Shown one piece after another: positions 25,206 to 37,542 of a stretch of DNA of 64,000 bases (within the stretch, counting starts at the first letter, position 1; each line of letters opens with the position of its first letter). This stretch comes from Octopus sinensis. Lineage: Eukaryota. A program made the position numbers and the translations under genes. Under the pieces are notes generated by a model that saw nothing but the letters and a program-made list of their open reading frames with translations, made no database searches and had not been told where the DNA came from. Where the stretch lies: NCBI RefSeq assembly GCF_006345805.1, contig NC_043002.1, positions 73,222,001-73,286,000 on the forward strand, written 5' to 3'.

Positions 25206-28200
25206 CATATAGATTCAATCAATAGCATGTATATAAACTCCCTTGCTTGCTTGTGTATAAATTCCCTGGTTAGATTGTGCACAAATACCCTTGCTGGCTC
25301 AAATAACCTTACAATATACTTTACAGAGTTCATTGAATTTCATTTCATTTGTAAACATACTTTAATTCTTTTGATACTGACTCGAATTCACCCTTGGTTC
25401 TATAATACAAACTTCCTAAACTTATCAAAACTTCCTGGTACTTTATGATCCAAACAGCAGCTTATGACAAACTTTACTAAATTCTTCATTATTTTAAACA
25501 TCAGTTGAAGCAAAGGAAACAACATGAATACAGTAATAAGAGAATTAAACACTTCTTTAAGCTTGTAGAAATTGGTGAACTTAAGGCAGATAGAAATCTC
25601 ACCATGCTTTTCTTAATTGTTTTAGGGGCTTATGTGGTACAAAGTAAACCATAGACCCACCCTACCCTACACCTGCCCCACTCTCAATTAAGCACAATAT
25701 CCAAGATGTGACACATAGCTGGAGGGAGAGAGGGATTCCTCAGCATTCAGGTGGTACTCATTACAGTTCAGCAGACTGGAAGAACATGAAAGCGTCACCC
25801 AGTCCAAGAACTGAACCTACAACCTTATGACCATGAGTCAAACACCCTAAAGATTAGGTTATGTAGAATACCTTAGATACCAGTAATATATTGAGTACTT
25901 TGAATACTAAGAACACTTCAGCCAACAGAATACAAATGAAGACCATTCTTTGTATGTATGTGTATATTGACAATAGGGAACATCATACAAAATTTAGTTA
26001 CAGGTATATTTTGGCATAGCCATGTTGGCACCATGGACTTATTTGATCCCAGGCACTTAAATGTTTCACTCATTCTATCTCTACTCTGTCTCTCTCTGTT
26101 TATGTGTGTGGGTATATTTCTTTCAGTTGTGTCTGATCACCTCATTCTATTTATTAATCTCTGAGTCCTGGGTTCAAATCCAATTGTGGTCAACTTCAAT
26201 TTTTTTTTAAATTGTATAAAATAAATTATCAGGTGCAGGAGTGGTTGTGGGGTAAGAAGCTAGCTTCCCAACCGGGTTCAGTCCTACTGCGTGGCACCTT
26301 GGGCAGGTGTCTTCTACTATAGCCTCAGGCTGACCAAAGCCTTGTTAGTGGATTTAGTAGACAGAAACTGAAAGAAGCCCATCATATATACATGTATGTA
26401 TGTATAATTATATATTTGCATGTATGTCTGTGTTTGACCCCCACCATCGCTTGACAACTGATGCTGATGTGTTTATGTCCCCGTTAGCTAGTGGTTCGGC
26501 AAAAGAGACCGATAGAATAAGTATTAGGCTTACAAAGAATAAGTCCTGGGTTTGATTCTTATTTCATTACTGCCCACAAGGGGCTACACACAGAGAGGAC
26601 AAACAAATCAAGTAGATTATATCAACCCTAGTGCATAACTGGTACTTATTTAATCAACCCCGAAAGGATGAAATACAAAGTCGACCTCAGCGGAATTTGA
26701 ACTCAGAACGTAGCGGCAGACGAAATACCGCTAAGCATTTTGCCCGGTGTGCTAACGTTTCTGCCAGCTTGCCATCTGGATTCGATTCGTTCAACTAAAA
26801 GTGGTGCTCCAGCATGGCTGCAGTCAAATGACTGAAACAAGTAAAAGAAAAAGGAAGTTATAAGACATGGTATAATTAACCATTCAAGTATTAATGTTAG
26901 AAATCAAAATGAAGGCCAACAAATCATGTACAAACATACAGTGACTGTAATGTTAAGTGGTAGGCAAGTAATTAAATAAAACATTTAGTGGTAGGACAGG
27001 TATGTAATTGTGAAAATCAACTGATTCACCAAACAAACCATCCTATTAATAGAAACGCGAAAGAAAAAAAATAAAAGAATATAAAAACTATAATTTTAAA
27101 CATCTACAACCCCTGGTGCAATGACAAAACCATTCTGATCCATATTAGATGATCAAAAGTCAAAATCTGCTTCTTTTCAAACAGGAAAATTGTGTAACAA
27201 TTTAGGCACAAGCGTGGCTGTGTGGTAAGAAGCTTGCTTCCCACCACATGGTTCTGGGTTCAGTCCCACTGCATGAAACCTTGGGCAGGTGTCTTCTACT
27301 ATAACCTAGGGCCAACCAAAGCCTTGAGTGGATTCGGTAGACAAAAACTGAAAGAAGCCCATCATGCATGTATGTGTGTGTGTAACTTTGAATGACCCGT
27401 CCTTGTTTTCTTTGTACCGTCTATCTGGATGTTTTGTTGTCCCTTTTTGTATCACCTAGCTGCCCGGATGCTTTGCATTCTTGCCCTATTTTGTATTATA
27501 TAAATCATCATCATCATCATTTAACGTCTGCTTTCCATGCTAGCATGGGTTGGACCAATGACTGAGGGCTGGCGAACCAGATGGCTGCACCAGGCTCCAA
27601 TCTGATCTGGCAGAGTTTCTACAGCTGGATGTCCTTCCTAACGCCAACCACTCCTAGAGTGTAGTGGGTGCTTTTATGTGCCACCGGCACGGGGCCAGTC
27701 AGGCGGTACTGGCAACGACCTCGCTTGAATCTTTTACACATGCCACCGGCACAGGTGCCAGTAAGGTGATGCTGGTAACGATCGCGCTCGAATGGTGTCT
27801 TTTACGTGCCAATATATATGTGTGTGTGTGTATATGTGTTTGTCCCCCCCACCATCGCTTGACAACTGATGTTGATGTGTTTAGTGGTTCAACGAAAGAA
27901 TAAGCCTTGAGGTTGATTTGTTCGATTAAAAGGCGGTGCTCCAGCATGGCCACAGTCAAATGACTGAAACAGGTAAAAGAATAAAGGAATAACAAGGAAA
28001 ACAATGACTAAAATTATATTTCTGTTGAAATATAATCCCTTTGTTTCAATTAATTTCAAAAATAATGAAGAACTTAGTGAAATAACTCATTATTAAATTG
28101 GTGTTTGGAACAGTAACCATTTTGATACCGACATGCCTGAGACAGCTGTTAGTTCTGTGATGATAACTTCCTGTTTTAAAAAGTATCTGAATTAAAACCT

Positions 28201-28924
28201 TTCATCAAAATTTCCTGTTAATTTCATCCTCTAAATTCCATTTTCCACTCTGACATACACCAGTTTAATAAATGACAAAGTAACTTTAGGAAAATCGTCA
28301 TCATTGCAAAAATTAAATTGAAGCAACGGTAGTACATTTCCAGAAATGTACTGCTTTTTGTTTCAATAGAAATGATCACAAGAGTTTTGAAATTTTGATG
28401 GAAGGTTGTAATTTCACTTTAACCCATAAAGCACTGGGACTTGCACTTACATAGCATGGGCTGCTGAGCACATTTTATGAAAATGAGTCTACCATGCACA
28501 CATAAAAAAGAAAAAAATAGTTAAAATATCATCTTAGTATATAATGGTGGCAAGTCTTACATCAGCTAAAAAGTCATTAGTTGAACTATTAGTCCTCTTG
28601 CATTCTGGGAGGTATCGGAATGTTTGAACGTCATTAGACCCGAACAAACACCCATAAATTAAATGCATCTATCTGGGCCACAATCATGGCCCGTCGTGCT
28701 TTATGTGTTAAAACAGAAAGATTTTATTATAGAACCTAATGCAGTTTCAGGTAAGTTGGTATCAAAATGGTTAACTCACACCTTGTTACGTCAAGCAAAA
28801 ATAAAGCAGGTATTTTCTGGTTGTCACACCTTTGTAGCTTGGTCTGCTCATTCAGAGCTCAGCTCAGAGGCTAAATGACATCCATGATGACTCAAAACTA
28901 GAAATATCTACAGGTGACAAAACA

Positions 28925-31155
28925 AACAATACATTTAAAGCAAGCTTTTATTTAGCAATTGGGATACAGAAGGAAATTATTATTATTAATAATTATCATC
29001 AGTCAAGTCAATCCACATTTAGTCATTACAAAATAATAAATCAGTCAAGCAGAACATTACAAAAAATGTTTTTTTATGATACTTTTGTGATATACATGTG
29101 GAACTTTAAAAAAAAAAAAGGCTTATTTTGCACTGATTAACTCAAAATATATTTGAGGAATTTCCTTGTAATATTGTGAATAACAATAATAATAAAAAAA
29201 TTGGGTGAAGATGAAATGTAGCAATAAAATAAAAAAAAAAAGTTCAAAATGTTTAAGATGAGTTTGTAACTGATCAAATATATTGGAATTGTTGAGTACA
29301 AGAAAGCCTTCTTGCTCTGATACTCATTGTATAAATTGCTTGGTGCAGTTTAGGATGGTATAGAAACATAAACAGTATTCACCAATATCTTCATTAATAT
29401 ATATATATATAATATGTAATATATATGATATATATTATATATTTGCAATACTATTTATGTTAATAGTTGCTTACTGAAAAGAAAAGTATTCTGAGTCTTG
29501 TAGAGTAAAAATAACTCTATTCAGAATTTAGTCAAGTTTATGGACATATGAAATTTCCACCAGAGTGGATGTGGAAAGTGTGTTACACATCAGACTTTGG
29601 AAGATGCATATAAAAAAAAATAAACAAAGACAAAAAAAATAAATAATTCATTTTACATAGGTTTTTTTAAAAAATGGGGAGGGATTTGAGAAGACAGGTT
29701 TTTTTTTTTGTTAAATGAAAAATAAAGCTTTCCTTTGATTAAGCAACCTAAAGTCTAATTTAGGTCAGGTCAATTCAAGCTTTACAAAAACCTCAAACAG
29801 TCGAAACAAGTGGAGACTATGTTGCATCTTTGACACAATCAGTACAAGAGAGAGAAAGGGTGAGAGATGTGAAGGGAGAGAAGTGAGTAGAAAAAGAGGA
29901 GGGGGACAGCAGCAAGGAATTATAAGGGGGGTGGGGAATGTTAAGGTTCACAACAAACGAGCCAGGCCTCGAATATTCATTAGAAAAATGATAACCTTCA
30001 AGTTTATGATTTTATAAAGAGGAAATCACAGATACATACACATATTCCTACATGTACACATATCTACATGCATGCACAAATACATGCATACATGCACAAA
30101 TTTAAAATGGTAGGTGGGAACAAAAAGAAATGAGTTAGTGTATGTAAATGAAAGAATATATTTGACAACATGTTTACATGTTAGTTCAATATTTTAGAGT
30201 TTGGTTTTGTTCCATTTATTAAAAAAAAAAATCAGATGGTTGGAGTATATACTGAAGGTGTTAATAGACAAGTATATGTTTGATGAAAATTCTAGTTTGA
30301 GTACTGGAATCACTTATATCATCTCTAAGAAAGGGTGTTTTGTACAAGCAGGAGGGTCAGATAATAACAGTCAATGATGAAATAGTTGAAAATGGCATGA
30401 CAGAAAATTACAGAAAGATGGAGATTAGTATTGAGGAGAGACAGAAGTCTACAGCAGCAACAAATTAGATTTATTTATTACTAATGAAGACAAGCTATTA
30501 AAAAAAAAAAAGTGGTGATGTTGATGATAAAAAGGAGGTGAGGTATCAATTTCCAGCAGTGACGTTTTTGAGATATCCTGGACAAAGCATATAAAATGTT
30601 TGGTTAATGGAAATGGACAGAGATAAAAAGCTTTTGTTTTATAAATTGTTTACAAAAAAAAAAAAATAATAAAAAAAAAACGTACAAGGAAAGTATGATA
30701 CAAATTTACCCCTTCACCATGATAATAGGTGTTTAAAGACAGGAACATTAAATTAAAATTTTAAAAATTACCAAAACAAAAACCTGATGCCAAATGGTAA
30801 TAGAAATCCTATGCAGAGTGCTTTAATTTTTGGTAAATTTGTCTGGTCTTGGTAAACCACTGGTCTTCAAATTTTTATTTTCAAAAAAAGCACCTTAGTC
30901 ATTGAAGTAGCATCCTGTTGATGTTTTTTGAATTTTTGTAATAAAATGTGTCCATATTATATATGTATATATATATAAATGTATATATATATATATATAT
31001 GTAAAATGCCAAAATAAAATGTCACCTTCTTTAAATATTCCTGCACACAAAGTGCATGTAAATAAAGTTCTTCAAAATAAAAAATAAAAATTGGCTTCAT
31101 TTATGGTGAAGATGTGGAAATGACGGCAGTCAAGAGGTCAATGTATTCAGTCAAT
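28925..31155 (-). other. Probable fascin 3' UTR (~2.2 kb)
   Basis: AT/U-rich stretch directly after the stop codon with none of the SINE copies that fill the flanks; ends near an AATAAA followed by a GT/T-rich tract. The 3' end is inferred, not observed. Confidence 0.6.
28947..28952 (-). terminator. Candidate polyadenylation signal AATAAA
   Basis: Plus-strand tttatt at 28947-28952; on the minus strand it is followed ~20-30 nt later by ttgtttgttttgt, a GU-rich downstream element. Other AATAAA hexamers occur in the UTR, so usage is unproven. Confidence 0.5.
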
Positions 31156-31361
31156 TTAAAATTCCCACAAAGTAGAGGCATTTACTTCTTTTCCAGTAGC
31201 CTTGAATATACCATTCTGTTCACCTTTTAAGAAAGAACCATCTGGTGCTTTGACAGTAAACATGGACTGTCCACGGAATTCAAGAATGAACGGAGTGGGA
31301 CCTGTGCTGTCGGCAAAAAGAGATCCATCTTCACCAATGCTCCAGTATTTATTGTTATGAC
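31156..31361 (-). CDS. FSCN: Fascin terminal coding exon ending in TAA
   Basis: tcctcag|GT CAT AAC AAT AAA TAC TGG ... TGG GAA TTT TAA = (G)HNNKYWSIGEDGSLFADSTGPTPFILEFRGQSMFTVKAPDGSFLKGEQNGIFKATGKEVNASTLWEF*. Typical fascin C-terminus (KYW...F.LE...G..LK....G..K......LWEF). Confidence 0.96.
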
Positions 31362-32182
31362 CTGAGGACAATACAAAAAAAAAAGAAAGAAAGAAATTTG
31401 AAAATTAATAGATGTAGAATAAAATTTACCATAAAATATTTCAACTTAAATTTACATGAAGGAATCTTTACATACATAGTTATGACACCATAATACGAGT
31501 TTTTCATATCATCAGTATAACAAAGCAATTAAAGATAATTAATGATCAATAAAACTAGTGCCCAACTCTTGTTTCTCTAAACATTAATTGAAGATGAGAT
31601 GAGTATTCTACTGGAGTGACCAATGCCTTATCAGTGTATTTGGTAGACAGAAACTACAGGAAGCCTGTTGCATACACACACACACACACACATACATACA
31701 TACATACAAATATATACGCACATACATACATACAAATACATACACATATAGAAAATGTTTGTGTGCATGTACACATGATCTTGTGAAAATGTTGATATTC
31801 CACGCTTGTCACTGATTGAAAAATGTGATGTTCACATTATAAGTGGGTGCTCTTTTACATTTCAAAGGCCTCTAGAATAAAAAGAATCCCTCATTTGAAA
31901 AATAGGTAATGGCAGGTAATAAATAGAAAGACCACCAGGCTGTGAAAATACTACCTTAAATAACTCCCAATCTAACTCTTACTTGCATGGGGAAGAAAAC
32001 AGACACCAAACAATGATATGAATGAATGAACAGTACAACAAGCAAATAAGTTCCAAGTAACTCCCTTCAGATGATCTTGTACCTCTTTGTCACAATCAGA
32101 ACAAATGAAACAGTGTAGAAATAATTTTTCTCTTACTCAGAAACATGCAATAAAATACCTCACCTAACAAATCAATATCTGT

Positions 32183-32410
32183 TTAACCCTTAAGCATTCA
32201 GATGGTTCTGTTTAATGAAATGCTTATCCATTCACATTATTTTGAATTAATCATGAACTATCTTGTAGCCTCAAGATTATAATGACACAGCAGATTATTT
32301 CCAGAATGACATTGTAGGTTAGGTGTGAGGGGTCAGATTTGGCCAGTCTCAGCATAAAGCACATTGAATATTTTGGCTGGTTGTGGCTAGTTTAAATGCC
32401 AATTGGTTAA
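32183..32410 (+). mobile_element. piggyBac-type MITE family 1 (TTAA-CCCTT termini); further copies at 41116-41373 (minus) and 46473-46691 (plus)
   Basis: ttaacccttaagcattcagat ... ttaa; the three copies share gaattaatcatg, gacattgtag..taggtgtgag and aagggttaa/aagggtca ends. Confidence 0.7.
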
Positions 32411-32525
32411 TAATACATTGAAAACAAAACTGTAATGTTTATCCCTATAGTACAGAAACTGCAGTGAAGCCCATTAGAACCCCACCCACCCATGTACACA
32501 TGGTTGAACATATGAACCTAACTAT

Positions 32526-32743
32526 TAGTGGGTGCTGAAAAGTCCCCGGCTTTAAGGGTATCACAAAAGGCCTGGTTGGAGGCCCAAACTTCCGAGTTCT
32601 TTTACAGGGCTTAGAAAAACTGAAGGACCACTGCAATAAGTGTGTGAATCTGAGAAGGGAATATGTTGTATAAAACACAATTAATTGATTCTCCTGTATT
32701 TTCTTTTACCCAAAAGCCAGGAACTTTTAAGCATCCCTCTTGT
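32526..32743 (+). mobile_element. Second copy of the mariner-derived MITE
   Basis: Aligns along its length with 23914-24126 (gggtgctgaaaagtcc...gggcttagaaaaactgaaggaccactgcaataagtgtgtgaatctgag...gccaggaactttt). Confidence 0.75.
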
Positions 32744-33138
32744 GTGTGTGTGTGTGTGTATTCTTTATTTTTTTTACTTGTTTCAGTCATTTTACTGTGG
32801 CCATGCTGGAGCACCACCTTTAGTCAAACAAATCAACCCCAGGACTTATTCTTTGTAAGCCTAGTACTCATTCTATCAGTCCCTCTTTGCTGAACCATTA
32901 AGTTACAGGGACATGAACACAACAACATCAGTTGTCAAGTGATGGTGGAGGGACAAACACAGACACACAAACATAATATACACAACAGGCTTCTTTCAGT
33001 TTCCATCTACCAAATCCACTCACAAGGCTTTGGTCAGCCTAAGGCTATAACAGAAGACACTTACCCAAGGTGCCCTGCAGTGGGACTAAACCTGGAACCA
33101 TGTGGTTGGGAAGCAAGCCTCTTATCACACAGCTATGC

Positions 33139-33214
<76 letters not shown>

Positions 33215-33216
<2 letters not shown>

Positions 33217-33372
33217 TAGATCGCTAGCCACTACACATTCTTTATTTTCTCTCTCCGTTTGTTTTTGTGTTCCTTTCTGTGGAAGAGCGTAGGCTCAATA
33301 CGTTAAAGACTTTTTCACTTCCCCAGCGTTAAACTAATACATCTGTTTGTTGTCTACACCACCTGTCTTTGT
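33215..33372 (+). mobile_element. Degenerate hammerhead-bearing element next to a SINE microsatellite
   Basis: 33273-33308 CTTT-CTGTGGA-A-GAGC-GTAG-GCTC-AATAC-GTT-AAAG: stems I and II intact, core mutated. Follows the (GT)n of the SINE at 32755-33140. Confidence 0.55.
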
Positions 33373-34442
33373 CCAACAGGTAGGACATCAAATCATAGAA
33401 AACCTGCCTCAATAAAATTTGACCCATGCATGTTAAAGGAACAAGCTCCAGAGGACAAATGTTCCTATTGTCCAGGTGTCACTGTGGAGACATACAGACA
33501 CGTATGTACACACATACGCACACATTGTGTGTGTGTGTGAGAGAAAGAGAGAGAGGTTTCTTTCACAAAATATACACTGTATAGGCACCCATATTGTTTC
33601 TTATTTCTTTATTGCCACAAGGGGCTAAACATAGAGGGAACAAACAAGGACAGACAAAGGGATTAAGTTGATTAAATCAACCCCAGTGCGTAACTGGTAC
33701 ATAATTTATCGACCCTGAAAGGCAAAGTCGACCTTGGTGGATTTTGAACTCAGTACGTAACGGCAAACGAAATATCGCTGAGCATTTCGCCCGGCATGCT
33801 AACCATATTGTTTGTGCCATTCAAAATTCACTCAAAAGGTGTTGCTCAACCTGAAGCTATAGTAGAAGGCATTTGCTTGTCCAAAGTGCCATGAAGTAGG
33901 ACCAGACCAGGAATTATGTGGGTTTTCAAAGTAGACTTCCTAACTACACAGTCATACAGTTCCACAAGTTGCCATGCCACAGAAGATTTTTGTAGACAAA
34001 CAACTTTTCTACTTGCCACTGTTAAAGTATGAAGAGAAATGTGCCTACATTTCAGAGAGAAACTACATGGAAATTAAACAAGAAAGCAGTATGTTTTAGG
34101 TAAACGGCACAATGCAAGTTTTGTCACAGTGACTAGTTAACCAATATTCATTCCAGTCATTGAATCAAGCAGAATATAAAAACATTATTTATCAACAAAA
34201 GACAACCTATGCTGCAGACTACGAAAACTTTACTGCTAAAATTAGGAAATGTTTCATAAAACTAGATAATGTTATAGGATAAAAGATGAACTACATAAAA
34301 TGATTTTTATAAATATCAAAATGTATGGAATAACATAAGGGTAACAAAAGAGATATTACAAATAATGGGAGTTTGAGCTTATTTTCTTTTTCAGACTTTG
34401 AGCAATATAAGTTAGCGATAATGCAGTATGTTTACCATTAAT

Positions 34443-34687
34443 AAAACTTTTTGATTCCAACCCACCTAAGACCACCCCTGGTTTGATGATGCAATCTTTT
34501 TGCTTAAAGTGATTTTAATTAAAACTTTCCATTAAAATTTCCTGTTAATTTGTTTCAAATACCATCTTAATAATGGCAAAGTTATTTTATTACACTTATG
34601 GATTTGTTTTGCAAGATTCCTGATGTGAAACTGTGTGTTCAAACAGATATTGTTATATTTCGGGATGATCATTTACATTTTTTCTTG

Positions 34688-34720
<33 letters not shown>

Positions 34721-35080
34721 AATCTTTCTTCATTTGTTTGCTATTGTTCTAATTTTATGTCCATTGTTTGGTAATCCTTTGTCACACATCCTGTGACCTC
34801 TTCAGCAATTCTGCATCACATGTGTCTCTTCTTGTTCAGTTCAGGATGGAAAGTTGAAGAGGTCAGAGGATGCATGACAAAAGATCACCAGACAATGGAC
34901 ATAAAATAAGAACAACTGCGAACAAGTGAAGAAAGAATAGTGTGTGTGTGTGTGTTTATTTGACAAGGAAAAAAAAAAAAAAAAACGACCATCTCAAAAT
35001 ATATTTTATTAGTCTTCATTTATTTCAAAATTGAAACAAAGGTAGAGTATTTTAACAAAAATATGGTAGCAAAAGGTTAA
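34443..35080 (+). mobile_element. piggyBac-type MITE family 2, split by the 34.6-35.0 kb insertion; related pieces at ~28010-28420, ~45410-45475 plus ~45960-46050 and ~25370-25560
   Basis: Shared cca.ctgagac..c.ctggttc.at.ataca, ttccat.aaaatttcctgttaattt and aattgaaacaaaggc/ggt...atatggtagcaaaaggttaa segments. Confidence 0.6.
34723..34936. repeat. Intronic fold-back: ~82 bp inverted arms, ~50 nt spacer, flanked by (CA)n and (TG)n
   Basis: tctttcttcatttgtttgctattgttctaattttatgtccattg...gacctcttca (34723-34804) versus the reverse complement of 34855-34936; mismatches are mostly transitions. Confidence 0.85.
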
Positions 35081-35539
35081 CTGATTTATCTGCTCAGTAA
35101 TTTAGAGAATTCTTGGGTGTTGGAATATATCCCAGTAAAGAAGAAATGAGTCTATTAATCCCATTGGGTCATCAAGTCACCTCCTCATATTAATGAGCAT
35201 CCCAGACAAATCAGACAAGTAGAGACCATGGTCCCTACTCCATATTATATCCACAAAGGGAGTTGAAATAGGCGTTGCACACTGCCCAATAAGTTTTACA
35301 GTACACCTATAAGTTTATTGCAATTGGTTGACCTTATGCTATGGTACTTCAAGAAGCAGATTCTCCACAGTTAGATGCCTTTCCTGCTACCAACCCTCAT
35401 CTGTTTCCAAGCAAGGTAATATTTACCTATGGCAAAACATTTGGATGTGTGTGTGTGTGTGTGTGTATACTGATTTTGCTTAGGCATAGCAATACTAGTA
35501 ACCAAATATTAGAGCTCAATATTTATTTATTTATGTGCC

Positions 35540-35826
35540 TTTTTCAAGCCTGGCCCAGTTTCCCGGTTTCTGTGGCATATGTGTTCCCCCCCAGCTGGAC
35601 GGGACGCCAATCCATTGCAGCGTTACTCAAGAAACAGGAAGAGAGAGTGAGAGTAAGTTGGGGTGAAAGAGTACAACAGGGGTCGCTACCACCCCCTGCC
35701 AGAGTTTCGTGGAGCTTTTAGGTGTTTCTGCTCAATAAACACACACAACGCCTGGTCTGGGAATCAAAACCGCGATCCTCCGACCGCAAGTCCGCTGCTC
35801 TAACCACTGGGCCATTGCGCCTCCAC
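35540..35826 (-). mobile_element. tRNA-derived SINE family D (young, CpG-rich)
   Basis: Head gtggaggcgcaatggcccagtggttagagcagcggacttgcggtcggaggatcgcggttttgattcccagacc with box A/B; body differs from families A-C. Confidence 0.75.
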
Positions 35827-36529
35827 AGAGCTCAATATACTTATACTTTAAAGTAAAGCATCGGGTGAGTACAAATTTTAATTAATGAATGACAAAAAAA
35901 AACTTAAGTTATGCAGTCACTTTCATTAGCTTACAGTTGTTTCAGCTACAAGGGCTGAGCACTTGTGTGACATCTCACACCTTCCTTGGAGTCATTTTAA
36001 ATGAAGTGTTTGCTTATTGCAGAAAGCATTTAAATATATCAAAATGGTTACATGTAGAACCACATTTATAATAATATAAAAGCAGTTTGAGGGTTAAAAA
36101 AACCCTGCCCAGAGATTAATACATATAAATGTATATATCTATTTTAAGATATAATAAACATGACAACCCCAACTTAATTTTATATTTTTCTTGTGTTGGT
36201 TTTGTGTAGAAAAGAATTAAAATCATTTAGCAGAAATTAAGAAAGTAAGAAGACAACATGTCAGCATAAATTGGCAGTAGTAAGGTCTGCTTTACCTATC
36301 ATGTGCTAATTGGGTCGCAAAGCCTGTCAAGCATACACCCCTGCTAAAGCACCCCCCTCCCACACACACGCACACATATACATACATACATACATACATA
36401 CATACAAGGTGCATTCCAGAAGTTCTGACAATTGTTTTTTTTAGGACAGGCAGTTTCATAACAATTCATTACTAAACATCTTAATAAACTGACCTGTGAA
36501 CTTTCTTCTATTCCAGGTACTAATGCATA

Positions 36530-36563
<34 letters not shown>

Positions 36564-37329
36564 TCAAATAAACAAAATTTGCATAGTTAGTCTAAGTGTG
36601 GATAGTTAAAACTATAGATGTAACTATACATACCTAGACATAGATACTTATACAAAGATATGTAAGTACATGTGTATTTCTCTCTCTCCTTCACACACAC
36701 ACATATATCTGCATACAAATCTGCCCAGGGACAGTCATCTTTCCCCTCTCCATAAAGGGTAAGGACCCCATTCAGACATGGATGACCATTGAGATTGCAC
36801 CCAGAAAGTTACCCTCCAAAACACAAGTCTAGGCAAGGTTGTTTATGGCAGACCTGCAGTCACCCATGCATACCATCTTCCTCTCTCCATGCCACTGATG
36901 TTATCCAAGGGAAAGGCAAAGGCCGATACAGCATGGCACCTGCGATGTCGCAACTCATTTCTACAGCTGAGTGAACCGCAGCTATGTGAAAGAAAGTGTC
37001 TTGCTCAAGAACACAACACACAGCTCAGTCTGAGAGATGAACTCACTACCTCACGATTGTCAGCCTGACGCTCTAACCACTAAGCCATGGCCTTCATACA
37101 TACATACATACATACTACATATACATACATACCTACACCATACATATATTCATTGAATGAAGTTTGATTATAGAGAACTTGTTATAATATATAGGAAGCT
37201 GTGGGATTTTTTAAACAGACCTGTTAATTATTAGAATTAATGACTTATGACTTTCTCGATAAAATAATATTTCACTTTTGTATTTGGTTTGCAAGATTCT
37301 TTTTGTAAATTAATGTGTTGAAGCATATT

Positions 37330-37542
37330 TGTGTCTGGGGAGAGTCGTTCTCTTTTAGTGCCTTATTTAACACACTCACTGGTTTGATTTCCACTCATTT
37401 ATTTACTCTTTTTCTAAAATTTTCATTGCCATTTGCAACCTTTTCAATAGTCGTTGACTGTCCATTATAAGTAAATGAGTGGAAATCGAACCAGTGTGTT
37501 AAATAATAAGGCACTAAAAGAGAATGACTCTCCCCAGACACA
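37330..37542. repeat. Intronic fold-back: ~75 bp inverted arms, ~64 nt spacer
   Basis: tgtgtctggggagagtcgttctcttttagtgccttatttaacacact...ccactcattt (37330-37404) versus the reverse complement of 37469-37542. Confidence 0.85.

Noticed and set aside
28600-28760. Small CpG-containing patch with a plus-strand cag|gtaagt donor near the fascin 3' end
   Set aside because: Could be a convergent transcript exon, but the ORFs are short and unrecognisable; insufficient support.
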